Of a DNA stretch of 64,000 nucleotides, positions 8,037-18,511 are shown in pieces (the first letter of the stretch is position 1; each line of letters begins with the position of its first letter). Under the pieces are notes generated by a model. The model was not told the DNA's origin, searched no databases, and saw only the letters and a program-made list of their open reading frames with translations. Origin of the DNA: a virus. Lineage: Duplodnaviria > Caudoviricetes. The DNA lies in IMG/VR virus record IMGVR_UViG_3300032007_000055, positions 1-64,000 of that record. One strand, given 5' to 3'. The translations under genes and the position numbers were made by a program.

Positions 8037-10931
8037 ATGGTTACAAATGATAGAATGAAAGGCCAGCATTATAGAGCGTTTTTAACAAGATTGGCCTCAA
8101 AAAGAAATGTTGAAAACATAATTTCTGAATTAACAGAATATTACAATAACATAAACAAAAACATCGACAAATTGTTTCAAAGTATTACTGAACGTCGTAC
8201 ACAGATGCTTGATGGTTTGGCAGCTATTTATGAAAAAACAAAACATTTCGAATACGTTTTGAATCACTTCAAATTGGAAGTAGATGCTCATATTCTAGAG
8301 AAATTTAACAAAGCTATTGAATCTTTCGAAAACGGCGTTGGTGTTTATGTAATCCCGTATGAGAAAAATCTTTTCAATCACAGAACGTCCACAGATCAAA
8401 AGATTTCTGATGTAGATCGTATAAATACTTTAAACGAATGGGAACGTGCTATAAACATTGTGCCGTCATCTCTTGGTATTCAGTGGTATGGTGGAAAGAT
8501 TAAAGACCGAACTATTGTTAATATTCTCAAGAATACACTTCGTATTGTCAAAGTGAATACTTCTGCTGGAAGCAAGAATGAAGATTACATAAATAGCAAT
8601 CTTATTCTTGAGATTTTTATATACAGTGCATCTGGTGGAATTGTTTGGTTGCAACTTGGCCAAAATGCTACTTTTGGTTTTAGTATCATTGTTAAGTATC
8701 AATCTGAGTTGTCTAAGTATAACATGAAGATCAATACAGAATCATACAATACCATAAAAGAATTCGATTTGAACACATTCGATTTCGATATGGTTCTCAA
8801 TACAATGATCGAGCAAGAAGATGTTAAAAACGGAAACGTTTACATCAAGATCAAAACAAACATTCCTGCAAGCAATGAATCTGGCAAAGATCATTACTTG
8901 TTAACTCGTGATGGTGGAGACACTGATCCGAGAAACATGAAAAAATACAATGCTAAGCGAGCCATAAATCAATTGGCTAATAAACTTGTTTATCAAGACA
9001 ACAAAGATGTTGCTTTCTATAAACATAGAGATGAAGATCTTAGTACACTTTACAATAACAGTAATCATTTGACAGCTGACAAAACTCCAAACTTGTTGAA
9101 CGCTCAGGATGGCGTATATGATTACGATATCCTCAACAATGCTGAATTAGATGAAAAATTGTTTACTGTTGAATTGAACTGTAAGAATAAACAGATCAGC
9201 CAAATTATCAAAAATCCATTTGAAGAATCAATGAATACATTGTCAGATATAGTTTCTGGTTATGTTATTGCTAATTCAGATATGTTCTCTTCTAAGAACT
9301 TCTTCGAAGCTGAACCGGATTTCAATGTTAAATTCTCAGAGAATGGAGAAATTAAATATTATCAAGGTCAGCAAGTTATTGATTTATCTGACGAAACACG
9401 TGTTGGTGAATTGTCTCCATTGTTGAAAAACGAAACAATGTACGATGTTACAAACATTGACTCTGTAGAAAAAACATTCGTTGTTCCTTCTGAAACATCA
9501 TATGGTAAAGAGTGTAATGATACAACAGTTAAAAACAACATTTCTAATAATGTAAACTTCGAGAACATGTTGTCTACAGATAGCAAGAATGAACAGCTTA
9601 AACAAACTGGAGAATTGCTCAATAATGATAAATCGGATCCTCTAACAATTTATTGTGTTAAAAAGATTTCTGATGATTGTACTATCATCTCTACTTCGGC
9701 CGGTGTTTATCGCTACAATTTCAATACTACAGATCCTGAGAAATTTAAAACTAGAATCAATTTGGCACTTGGTGCCGAATCTCAAGCCACAAAAGTGTAC
9801 GATATTGTAGTTGAACCAAAGAATAATTATATTTTCTTCGGTACAGATTGTGGTATTCAGCGATATGACAAAGACATAAATAAAACATATGGTCAAGGCG
9901 ATCCTAACAATTTCACAACTGGAACACCAACAGGTCATTTTACAACATTATTTGTCGAACCGAATGGTTTAGTAATAGCGATGCGCGATCCTACGCTTGA
10001 ACCAACTAATGGTCTGGCTATAATCGACGGTTTAAAATATCCTAGATTATTCAACGTTAACCAAACACGTTCAAATCAACCAAATAAATTTGTTTCAGTT
10101 TCAACATATTTTGGCGAAAATCAACCGAAGTATTATACAGCAACTGAAGAGATCGTAAAATGTTTGAATGGCGTTCGAACAAATGGAATGTATAAACCAT
10201 TGACTGATATTGATTATGAACGAATAAATGATCATAATTACAACGTAGTCGTAGATCAAATAAGCAAAAAAATATTCTTCTACATTAAGAATGGTAAACT
10301 ATTAGTTGCTAGTGCTTTCCCTGAGGACACCGATGAGAATGCATTTACGTTTACGAATTTCCAATTTGTCGAAGGTTTAAAGAATCGTTTCATAAATTCT
10401 GTAGTTAAAGTCAATCGTAAATTGTACATTGGTACCGATGACGTTTGTTATTGTTACGATATTGATACTGAAGCTCTTGAAGAATTGCAGTTCGATTATT
10501 CTACAGAAGTTAACCACAGAATGGAAACAAGAAAGATTTATTTCTTGGAAACAATCGATAATATATTCGATGCCGACATGGCAGATCGTCATCCGACAAA
10601 TTGTTTAATCTATTATTGCAACAACAATTTATTTGTAATTCCTAAAGATTCTTGGGATACAGAAGTTGTAGCTATCGCATATGTAAACAATATGTATTAC
10701 GTTCTTACAACTTCTGGCGACGTTTATAAATACAATTCAAAATTCGAACCCAATGGTATCATTACCACAATCTCTATACCTCGAGACATATCTTATGTAG
10801 ACAACGTTCTTCTTTTGTCTTATGACGATATGTTAACAACAGACTTCACTACAAGAAACCAATACAACGGTTTCGCGGTAAATACTGTTGCTAAAGATGG
10901 TGTAATTACTCAAAACATTTTGAATCGTTAA
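8037..10931 (+). CDS. Probable virion (tail/baseplate) protein with beta-propeller-like C-terminal half
   Basis: 964 aa, AAGGAG SD, late-type motif; recurring short strands such as YIFFGTDCGI, KLYIGTDD, YYVLTTSGDVY. Confidence 0.5.
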   Translation: MVTNDRMKGQHYRAFLTRLASKRNVENIISELTEYYNNINKNIDKLFQSITERRTQMLDGLAAIYEKTKHFEYVLNHFKLEVDAHILEKFNKAIESFENGVGVYVIPYEKNLFNHRTSTDQKISDVDRINTLNEWERAINIVPSSLGIQWYGGKIKDRTIVNILKNTLRIVKVNTSAGSKNEDYINSNLILEIFIYSASGGIVWLQLGQNATFGFSIIVKYQSELSKYNMKINTESYNTIKEFDLNTFDFDMVLNTMIEQEDVKNGNVYIKIKTNIPASNESGKDHYLLTRDGGDTDPRNMKKYNAKRAINQLANKLVYQDNKDVAFYKHRDEDLSTLYNNSNHLTADKTPNLLNAQDGVYDYDILNNAELDEKLFTVELNCKNKQISQIIKNPFEESMNTLSDIVSGYVIANSDMFSSKNFFEAEPDFNVKFSENGEIKYYQGQQVIDLSDETRVGELSPLLKNETMYDVTNIDSVEKTFVVPSETSYGKECNDTTVKNNISNNVNFENMLSTDSKNEQLKQTGELLNNDKSDPLTIYCVKKISDDCTIISTSAGVYRYNFNTTDPEKFKTRINLALGAESQATKVYDIVVEPKNNYIFFGTDCGIQRYDKDINKTYGQGDPNNFTTGTPTGHFTTLFVEPNGLVIAMRDPTLEPTNGLAIIDGLKYPRLFNVNQTRSNQPNKFVSVSTYFGENQPKYYTATEEIVKCLNGVRTNGMYKPLTDIDYERINDHNYNVVVDQISKKIFFYIKNGKLLVASAFPEDTDENAFTFTNFQFVEGLKNRFINSVVKVNRKLYIGTDDVCYCYDIDTEALEELQFDYSTEVNHRMETRKIYFLETIDNIFDADMADRHPTNCLIYYCNNNLFVIPKDSWDTEVVAIAYVNNMYYVLTTSGDVYKYNSKFEPNGIITTISIPRDISYVDNVLLLSYDDMLTTDFTTRNQYNGFAVNTVAKDGVITQNILNR

Positions 10932-10970
10932 AAAAATAACTCAGGTGTCCACAACGGACACCTGAGCATT
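10932..10970. terminator. Bidirectional intrinsic terminator
   Basis: CTCAGGTGTCC/GGACACCTGAG hairpin between convergent genes. Confidence 0.8.
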
Positions 10971-12922
10971 TACTGTTTACAAATACGCATGAATTCGTCG
11001 AATCCGACTATTTTCACACCATATTTATTTGCTTTGACAACTTTGGAAGTATTTGTTTCGTTAGTCACAAGATATTCTGTCGCAGTAGTTACATCTTTAA
11101 CATATTTGTATTTGCTATCGATTTCACTAATAGCTGCGGCAAATGTATTTTTATTCCCATATTGATCTGGAACTTCACCAGAGATACAATACAAATGTGT
11201 ATCAGAAGATATTTCTTCTTCTGTTTTGAAGAACGGACGAAGTAAATCTATACACATTTTCATATCGTTTCTACCGAGGCTATTCTTTTTCCACCAGTTA
11301 AACAGAGTAGAATCAAATACACTTTCAAGCAATGGTTTAGTTTCAAGATCATTTACATAATCTTCCATTTGTTTAAGAGTTCTGATATTGTGCTCTGCTA
11401 AAGATGTTTCTCCAATATGCGGAATATTGAAACAGCCTAACAATCTAGATTCCGTCAATTTATTGTTGAAGAAATCAAACATTGTTTCTTTAAATTTCTT
11501 TGGTCTAACTCCACCATTGAAGATATCTTCAATAATGTTTTCAAAACGATAAGAACCATTCGATAACGGTATAAAGTTTGCAAAGAAATCGAACAAAGTG
11601 TTAAATTCCGATTCATGATGACGCATCAAAGCTCTGCTTATTTCATGAATCAATGAATCTCCAATTCCCAGTATTTCAAATTTATTGATAATATAGGATA
11701 TTTTTGACTCATAAATTGCCAGACATTTGAATTCATTAGGACACATTACATCTTGATACACTTGAATAAGTTTAGATCCACAAGATGGACAATGTGTAAC
11801 ATCGATGTATTTTATATTTTTCGACGGATTGTTATAGAAATTGTATACTTTCGGTATAACATCATTTGAACGTTTAACCAAAACTGTTGTACCAATTCCT
11901 ATTTTGTTTTTCACCATATTTGTATAGTTATCCAATGTTGCATTATGTACTACAACATTCAACAACTGAACCGGTTTCAATTCTGCAACAAATGAAACTT
12001 TCTGACGATTGACTTTGATTTTTATGTCTGTAATTTCTGATTCTGCAAAGTTTGCTGGAGGTTTTACAGCCATATTGTAACGATTGAATGTTGTAATCTT
12101 ATAACGTGAATTGATCATATCATAAGTAGACTGATCACCATTTACCGTCATTATTATTCCGTCAGTTTCCCATTCCCATTTGTCACGCAATTCATTGACG
12201 TATTTTTCGTACATCGCTTTAACATCAAATGTTTTCTCAATAGGAATGATATCAAACTCAATGTTTCCACATTTAATCAATTCGTCACGAATTCGTTCGA
12301 TTTTATTTCCCCGAGTTGAAAATTCAAACGGTTTATCATATGTGTGTACGTCGTATATTACGAATGACAAATATTTCAAATCTTCGCTAGGTTCTTTTCT
12401 TTTCAGAATACCAGAACACATATTTCTTAATGAAGTATTGAAATGGCTCTGCCATTTTTTCTTTATAATAAACTCACCACGAAGTTCTGAATTAGGCAAA
12501 AATTTCTTCGGAATATTTATACTATCTGCAAAACGAATCTTTGCTCCAACAAATCCATCACCTCGTGTAGAAGCATATTGAAAGTTTCCATCTTTATCAT
12601 AAACTAACTTACCAGAAATTCCATCAAGTTTCGGATCTATCCAAACACATCCAAATCTAAACGCTAATGAATTGAACCATTTAACAGCATCTTCTGCGGT
12701 TTGTACTTTCTGCATTGACAACATCGGAATGATGTGTTCAACTTCTTCATCATCTTTATTTATCTTTGCTCCAACTTGTTCAAAATATGAATTCGTTGGA
12801 TCTAATTGTCTTAATTTATTTTCATAATAATCAAATTCTTCATCATTGACGTTTGAAGAATCGTTATAATATTTCTTTCGAAGATCGTTAAGTTTATTTA
12901 CCAATTCTTCTATTTCTTTCAT
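10970..12922 (-). CDS. ligA: NAD-dependent DNA ligase
   Basis: KLDG adenylation motif, STRGDG, LRGE, TDGII, CPSCG..C..C zinc finger, C-terminal BRCT-like domain. Confidence 0.95.
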   Translation of the reverse strand: MKEIEELVNKLNDLRKKYYNDSSNVNDEEFDYYENKLRQLDPTNSYFEQVGAKINKDDEEVEHIIPMLSMQKVQTAEDAVKWFNSLAFRFGCVWIDPKLDGISGKLVYDKDGNFQYASTRGDGFVGAKIRFADSINIPKKFLPNSELRGEFIIKKKWQSHFNTSLRNMCSGILKRKEPSEDLKYLSFVIYDVHTYDKPFEFSTRGNKIERIRDELIKCGNIEFDIIPIEKTFDVKAMYEKYVNELRDKWEWETDGIIMTVNGDQSTYDMINSRYKITTFNRYNMAVKPPANFAESEITDIKIKVNRQKVSFVAELKPVQLLNVVVHNATLDNYTNMVKNKIGIGTTVLVKRSNDVIPKVYNFYNNPSKNIKYIDVTHCPSCGSKLIQVYQDVMCPNEFKCLAIYESKISYIINKFEILGIGDSLIHEISRALMRHHESEFNTLFDFFANFIPLSNGSYRFENIIEDIFNGGVRPKKFKETMFDFFNNKLTESRLLGCFNIPHIGETSLAEHNIRTLKQMEDYVNDLETKPLLESVFDSTLFNWWKKNSLGRNDMKMCIDLLRPFFKTEEEISSDTHLYCISGEVPDQYGNKNTFAAAISEIDSKYKYVKDVTTATEYLVTNETNTSKVVKANKYGVKIVGFDEFMRICKQ

Positions 12923-12960
12923 AAGAAATCTCCTTTTTACTTTAAAGATAATATATAACT

Positions 12961-13001
12961 AAAAAAAAGAATAAGTACAGAGATTATCTGTACTTATTTT
13001 T
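12961..13001 (-). terminator. Intrinsic terminator
   Basis: AATAAGTACAGA/TCTGTACTTATT hairpin with flanking A/T tracts. Confidence 0.75.
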
Positions 13002-13003
13002 AA

Positions 13004-13348
13004 TCAAAGTCTTACTAAAACATTGTATAATCTTATGAATTTTACATTTAATGTTTTCAAATATGAATATGCTGAAGTATATTTGAAAAACATCTTTGCT
13101 ATGAATTTCAAACATACTAAAGACAAACACCGATGCGTTGGGTATTCTAAGATATTAGTCAACGACTGTTTTCTGCACATCAATTTGTTTGTCTTGTAAA
13201 ATGTACCAGTAAGATACATCATGTATTGTGATTCTTGATGTAAGAAGTTTAATTCATTGAAAACTACATTGTAACACTTTCTACGTTTTAATGCAAATTC
13301 AATATATTTAAAAGCAATATGAGTCTGAACTCGTTCAATAGCATTCAC
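13004..13348 (-). CDS. Hypothetical protein
   Basis: 114 aa ORF overlapping upstream stop, last gene before terminator. Confidence 0.55.
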   Translation of the reverse strand: MNAIERVQTHIAFKYIEFALKRRKCYNVVFNELNFLHQESQYMMYLTGTFYKTNKLMCRKQSLTNILEYPTHRCLSLVCLKFIAKMFFKYTSAYSYLKTLNVKFIRLYNVLVRL

Positions 13349-13787
13349 TGGATTTCTCCGTTTCTGCTATTGTACGAGAGATAATACACATCTTTTCCAT
13401 AGTGTCGCTCATAACATGTTTTAAAGCAAATCGGGTTACGATGTTTACTATGTATTTCACAGCCAAATTTACAATGAAATTTCTTATTTTCCAAATATAT
13501 GATTTACCATAATTAATAGCAATTTCGAAATTAGGATTAGGTTCTTTTAAAATTTGTTGAGTTTGTAATCGATGTTTCACAGTATTGAACTGTTTTCGAC
13601 TAAACCCTTTCTTACCATTTGTTATCTTAAGACTTCGCAATTTCTTGTCGACAATCCATAGCGAAATCTTAAGACATATTTTTTCAAATATCGACATTTC
13701 TTGTTCCTTATAATCTTTAGATTTAATAACGATAACATCGTCGTTTGGATAGGTTAATTGACGTAAAAGTTTTCTAGTAGAAGCCAT
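13335..13787 (-). CDS. Hypothetical basic protein
   Basis: 150 aa, start overlaps upstream stop. Confidence 0.7.
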   Translation of the reverse strand: MASTRKLLRQLTYPNDDVIVIKSKDYKEQEMSIFEKICLKISLWIVDKKLRSLKITNGKKGFSRKQFNTVKHRLQTQQILKEPNPNFEIAINYGKSYIWKIRNFIVNLAVKYIVNIVTRFALKHVMSDTMEKMCIISRTIAETEKSSECY

Positions 13788-15382
13788 TATATCACCATTT
13801 TCTTGTAAAGCTGTATCACATCTCCAATGATTTTATCTTCAGAGAACTGAATAGGTTGTCCATTCATTTCTTTGTTTCCAAATTCATTGTATGTGTAATT
13901 GTTGTGAATCAAACTCACAATCATATCTTTGATAGGATTGTTTACATCTGATGATGTGGTTTTGATTTCAAATACAGACTGAATATATTTGTACTTCATT
14001 TCGACCAATTGGATATAGTCGATGTTGTTTTTAAGGTTTTTAAGAATTGATGCTGATGGAATATTTGTGAAAGTATAGCTCTCACGTTTTCCAGTCACAT
14101 AGTGAGGAAGATACTTAATGTTAAGATCTTCCATTTTCTTGATAAGAACTATCATCAACTTTATCATTTGCTGGAACGTACAAGACTTTACATTATTACT
14201 TCCTGAGAAGAATCGTGCAAAGACCATAGTTACAACTTTAATAGTAAAGTTATGCAATTGATAATTCTTGAGATACCATTCGTATTCTTCATCCGAAATG
14301 ACGATATTGTTTCTTCGACAAATCGTTTCAATAGCATCATCGTTACCATAACGGTTGAGAATCAAAATGCTTTCATCAATGTTCTTGTAGAACATATCGA
14401 AAATATCCGATTCTGACAATGCATCTTCATCATCGTTTGAGTTATCGTTATCGTTGATACGGTAACAATCGAACGGATTGTTCGCTTTAATCTTGTATTT
14501 CAAAATACTTTCACGAGATACTACAGTAATCAAGTTGATGATCGATTGATTCAAATCAAACTTAGGAACGATAGTTGTAACAATCTTAACAACAAAATCG
14601 TCAATTACTGATTCTCTTGTATCGTTGTACATCGGGAAATTTTGCCAAATCAATTTGTTTGATGGTTCTGTTTTACGTACGATTTTATCAACGTACTTGT
14701 AGAGTTTATTCATCAAACTCTTACAATCTGTACCAACAACTACGATTCTAAAAATTGCATCGAAAACAGTGTACATGAAGGAGAAAACTTCAATGTTTTT
14801 ATCACTGTTCACATAAATGTAATGAGTAGCCAACGGTATGGCAAACTTTGTCAATATAGAAATAACATAGAATAGTTTAAACTGCTCGTTTGTGAAAGTA
14901 GAACCAGGTTCATATTTTTCGCTTTCTTTCTCATCAACAAAGATTTTGTAATGTGCTTCAACATACTGTTTAACCAAGTTTATAAAAGCTGGAGTAAACA
15001 ATGTTGAAATCATGAAGTTGATGAAAGCTTCATACTTACCAAAATCTCGTTTCGCATCAGCTCCATACTTAGATAGATCTTTTTCATCATCTATTTTTGC
15101 AAAGAGTTTGTTATCGATTGACTTTTTGATACTGAAATAAGATAGTATTACTTGTTGGGCGATTTGCGGATCCAAAGACAATATTTTGTTATTATCTTTA
15201 ACCATAGTGTTTGCAAACATTGCATAAACACGCTTTTTACCAATAGCGAGTTTAAACGTATTATATACTGCTAGTTTTTCATCATTGAAAATCTGATCGA
15301 AATTTATGACTATGTTTTTGAATTTCTCTGTGAAATAATTCACGTTCTGTTTCTTTTTAATTTGTGCTGTTTTTGTAGACAT
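13787..15382 (-). CDS. Candidate promoter-specificity (sigma-like) subunit of non-virion RNAP (AR9 gp226/phiKZ gp68-like)
   Basis: 531 aa helical protein two genes downstream of nvRNAP beta N; size and IVPKF..IIN..(acidic linker)SxxDxF pattern resemble my recollection of this family; not searched. Confidence 0.5.
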   Translation of the reverse strand: MSTKTAQIKKKQNVNYFTEKFKNIVINFDQIFNDEKLAVYNTFKLAIGKKRVYAMFANTMVKDNNKILSLDPQIAQQVILSYFSIKKSIDNKLFAKIDDEKDLSKYGADAKRDFGKYEAFINFMISTLFTPAFINLVKQYVEAHYKIFVDEKESEKYEPGSTFTNEQFKLFYVISILTKFAIPLATHYIYVNSDKNIEVFSFMYTVFDAIFRIVVVGTDCKSLMNKLYKYVDKIVRKTEPSNKLIWQNFPMYNDTRESVIDDFVVKIVTTIVPKFDLNQSIINLITVVSRESILKYKIKANNPFDCYRINDNDNSNDDEDALSESDIFDMFYKNIDESILILNRYGNDDAIETICRRNNIVISDEEYEWYLKNYQLHNFTIKVVTMVFARFFSGSNNVKSCTFQQMIKLMIVLIKKMEDLNIKYLPHYVTGKRESYTFTNIPSASILKNLKNNIDYIQLVEMKYKYIQSVFEIKTTSSDVNNPIKDMIVSLIHNNYTYNEFGNKEMNGQPIQFSEDKIIGDVIQLYKKMVI

Positions 15383-15457
15383 TTATTTCGAAACCTCCTT
15401 AATCTTTTTCGAGTTAAAATGCTGGTTAGAGCAAACATCCAACCAGCTTTTTAAATA

Positions 15458-15703
15458 TTATTTCAGCAAGTACTTAACCAATCGCATCCATATTAAACCA
15501 GAGAATGTGGACGCTGATCCAAATATGACTGCGAATGATAATATGTATAGAATGAATTTTGCTTTACCATTATTGATGAATTTTTCGATCGTGAAAGAGA
15601 AAGCTATTGCCATGATTGCTCCCATTGCAACAGATATTACTCCTGTGATCGCTATTGCTAAAAACAAAGCTAATACTTTTATAAGAATCAAAACTGTGGT
15701 CAT
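15458..15703 (-). CDS. Small membrane protein
   Basis: 81 aa, two long hydrophobic segments, GGGAGG SD. Confidence 0.75.
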   Translation of the reverse strand: MTTVLILIKVLALFLAIAITGVISVAMGAIMAIAFSFTIEKFINNGKAKFILYILSFAVIFGSASTFSGLIWMRLVKYLLK

Positions 15704-15724
15704 TTCTAAAACCTCCCACCCTTT

Positions 15725-17233
15725 TTATTTCTTAATCAAAACTGGATCGATGTTGAAAATCTTTTTGTCTTTATCGAACGTATCGTTCAATGGACAAATA
15801 TAGTGTGACATACCAGGAGCACCAGCAGATTGTCCTTCAACAAGACAAACATTTCCAAGATAATCAATCGGGAATTGTCGCAATTGCATACTTACTCGTT
15901 TTGATTTCTCAGATGGTGATCCAGGACCAGTTTTGGTAGCCATAAGCAATGTATTAGCCAATGCGTCATCGTTAGGTTCATTGGAATATTTTGCAATAGT
16001 CATTCCTGTTTTTTCTGTTGATATTTTACCAATAATACTATTTAGAATTAGAGTTGATTTGATTTTAAATACATCACAAAGTCCATCAAGTGTCTTATAT
16101 TTTTCAGGGGTGTTAATAAAACGATAAATTTTTTCTGTAAACATCTTGATGAAAGGTGAGATTAGATATTCAGACAAACGAATACGTTTATTCTGAAGTC
16201 CATCATCTTTTGAAGTCAAGGTTGCGTAGTTTGTAAAAATCCATCTAGTTACAGCGAAAATATTATTTCTTTCTGTACCAGGAACTAATTGTTTGATAAG
16301 ATCTCTTGTGTGATAATCAAGTGAGCTGTTAAAAGTCTTTAACAACGCCATACCTTTTTCCAAAGATTTTTGAATAGAAAGTGTTTCGCCAAGTAATGAA
16401 ATCCATTTTACCGGATTGCGAATGTAATTCATATTCATTGTGCGTTTTTGTGTTGCTAAGATAGTTGCCACGAACTGTCTAAGAACGCTGTTTGTATTAA
16501 ATGGTTGTTGTTTAACTGCTAAGAATACTGAACCAAACTTAAAGATGTATTTATCTTTAGGAATGTTCGAACCAATGTCTCCACTATATAGTGAGATATA
16601 TTCATCTACACCAAAGTATTTCAATGTCTTGTAGAAACCATAGCATGCAAAGTAATACAATAGTACAGGAACAGCTTTCTTTGCTGTGCTATAAATCATA
16701 ATCTTTGATGTCGTGTATCTCTGTCCATAAATATCTGTAATAACAGCTTTTTCTCTCAAGAACTTAATAGCTCTTGTGATTGTTTTCAAAACAAGAGTGT
16801 TTTTCTTGGTAAATGTGATAGCATCGATAATCTGTAACGGACAAGAATACTTGTTACCTCTAATAAGGTAGTGCGAGTTGTCATACAGCATCGGTACCCA
16901 AATTGAGAAACTCTGTTTAACAGTTTGACCACCAAAAGAGCATTCGAAATCGAATATTGCTTCTTTGGCATATGTATTGTTTACATTAATTCTTATTTCG
17001 TTTTTCTTTGTGTTTGTAGTATCATCAGACTTATTCAATTCAATCATTTTTGAACGAATGTTCTGATAATGATAGCCCATGTATTTTACATATTCTGGAG
17101 CAAGCTGGACGACAGCTTTACATGCTTCATCGATGTATTTGGCCATCTCATCATTTTTTCGAATACCGTAGATTAGATCATCATTAAATTTCCCATCGTT
17201 CATTTTCGAGAAATTCGCAATCAAATCGAGCAT
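15725..17233 (-). CDS. rpoB: Non-virion RNA polymerase beta-like subunit, N-terminal piece (phiKZ gp123/AR9 gp105-like)
   Basis: YLIRGNKYSCPLQ (FIINGxERVxxxQ), KRIRLSEYL, GPGS..RQFPIDYLGNVCLVEGQSAGAPGM (GPGG..RxVHxSHYGRICPIETPEGxNxGL); ends after fork loop. Confidence 0.8.
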   Translation of the reverse strand: MLDLIANFSKMNDGKFNDDLIYGIRKNDEMAKYIDEACKAVVQLAPEYVKYMGYHYQNIRSKMIELNKSDDTTNTKKNEIRINVNNTYAKEAIFDFECSFGGQTVKQSFSIWVPMLYDNSHYLIRGNKYSCPLQIIDAITFTKKNTLVLKTITRAIKFLREKAVITDIYGQRYTTSKIMIYSTAKKAVPVLLYYFACYGFYKTLKYFGVDEYISLYSGDIGSNIPKDKYIFKFGSVFLAVKQQPFNTNSVLRQFVATILATQKRTMNMNYIRNPVKWISLLGETLSIQKSLEKGMALLKTFNSSLDYHTRDLIKQLVPGTERNNIFAVTRWIFTNYATLTSKDDGLQNKRIRLSEYLISPFIKMFTEKIYRFINTPEKYKTLDGLCDVFKIKSTLILNSIIGKISTEKTGMTIAKYSNEPNDDALANTLLMATKTGPGSPSEKSKRVSMQLRQFPIDYLGNVCLVEGQSAGAPGMSHYICPLNDTFDKDKKIFNIDPVLIKK

Positions 17234-17443
17234 TTATCTCACCACCTTTTTTCTTTTTTTAGCATTTAATCTTTTTCTTTGAGCACTGCTAAGATGCTTC
17301 ATTTTATCATAAGTGCCTGGTGCACCTTTCATTTTTAATTTTTCGAACGAACTGCTCTTTGGATAATTACCACTACCGAATTCCGGTAATCCTCCAGTAA
17401 GCATAGTCATTGCAGCAAGAGCACTTGCAACTCTTTTGTTCAT
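17234..17443 (-). CDS. Small basic hypothetical protein
   Basis: 69 aa, GGAGGAG SD, Lys/Arg-rich tail. Confidence 0.7.
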   Translation of the reverse strand: MNKRVASALAAMTMLTGGLPEFGSGNYPKSSSFEKLKMKGAPGTYDKMKHLSSAQRKRLNAKKRKKVVR

Positions 17444-17465
17444 TTATTCTCCTCCCGACTTTATT

Positions 17466-17918
17466 TTAAATACACCACATTTCAGGATGCTTTTTATTTA
17501 CGAATTCGTCATAATTCTTTTTGTCCATTACTATAATTGCTTTCCATACAGCAACAATGTAAACATCGTCTGTAGGTACATTACGAATGTTGTAATCGAT
17601 AAAATTATCATTTGATTCCCAAATAGGATGAGATGCTTCAGGATTTATTCTTGAAGCGTCCATAAATGTTGAAGCGGAATGTTGCGCTTCGAAAATATTT
17701 CTGAACGATTTGTAATCTCTTACATAACCATTCTCAGTCGGCGGTGGAGATTCAAAAAGTGTATTGAATGTGAGTTCATGCTCACCGTATGTGTTAGTGA
17801 TATGGTTTAGTCTATCGACTAAGAAAACTATCAACTGTGAGCGGTAATCATCGTCTTTCTTATTGAAGTGTAATACTTCCAAATCAACTACTACTGTTTG
17901 ATGAATCAGATCTATCAT
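17466..17918 (-). CDS. Hypothetical protein
   Basis: 150 aa, ATGA overlap with upstream gene. Confidence 0.75.
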   Translation of the reverse strand: MIDLIHQTVVVDLEVLHFNKKDDDYRSQLIVFLVDRLNHITNTYGEHELTFNTLFESPPPTENGYVRDYKSFRNIFEAQHSASTFMDASRINPEASHPIWESNDNFIDYNIRNVPTDDVYIVAVWKAIIVMDKKNYDEFVNKKHPEMWCI

Positions 17919-18382
17919 TTAGCTCTCCTTTTCTTTGTGGTTCTTCTTTTATTAGAAACTTTCTTAGGATGTTCTATTTGCTCAGCAGTCAATTGTTCGT
18001 CTCTAGACGCTAGCGTCTTAGCGGCATGTCTACTCATTATAGCACGTTGTCTATTCATAATGCGATGACGTACATCACGTGGAGTTTCTTCTGCCAAAGC
18101 ACAAACTTCTGGTTGTTCTTCGGTTTCTTCATAAATTTCATTGATGTTTTCTTTCAAATACTTTTGAAGTAATAAATAACCCTTAGTGTTTGTTTTCTCA
18201 GAAAAACCACGGAATGTGCTTCTACGAGGTATAGCTTCAATGTTTCCATTGTCATCAGATTCAATAACGATAACCCAGCCGAACGCATGTAAAATCATGT
18301 TGATAAACCATAAAAGTTTTGCCTTTCTAAACTCTTCCCATTGGATCCGAGCAAATTTTGACATCATACTTTTTACCTCCAA
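17915..18382 (-). CDS. Hypothetical protein (true start probably ATG at 18367)
   Basis: GGAGG SD, early-type motif at 18408-18418. Confidence 0.75.
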   Translation of the reverse strand: MEVKSMMSKFARIQWEEFRKAKLLWFINMILHAFGWVIVIESDDNGNIEAIPRRSTFRGFSEKTNTKGYLLLQKYLKENINEIYEETEEQPEVCALAEETPRDVRHRIMNRQRAIMSRHAAKTLASRDEQLTAEQIEHPKKVSNKRRTTKKRRAK

Positions 18383-18477
18383 AAATAAATCGACATAAAC
18401 AAACGAAATAATATATAATATTTGTAAATGTCAATATCAAAATATACAAATGAAATCGTTTTTAAATAAAAAAAAAT

Positions 18478-18505
18478 ACTGAGGACATTTCTGCCCTCAG
18501 TTTTA
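18478..18505 (-). terminator. Intrinsic terminator
   Basis: ACTGAGG..CCTCAGT hairpin with flanking tracts downstream of RNase H. Confidence 0.7.
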
Positions 18506-18511
18506 AAGTGT

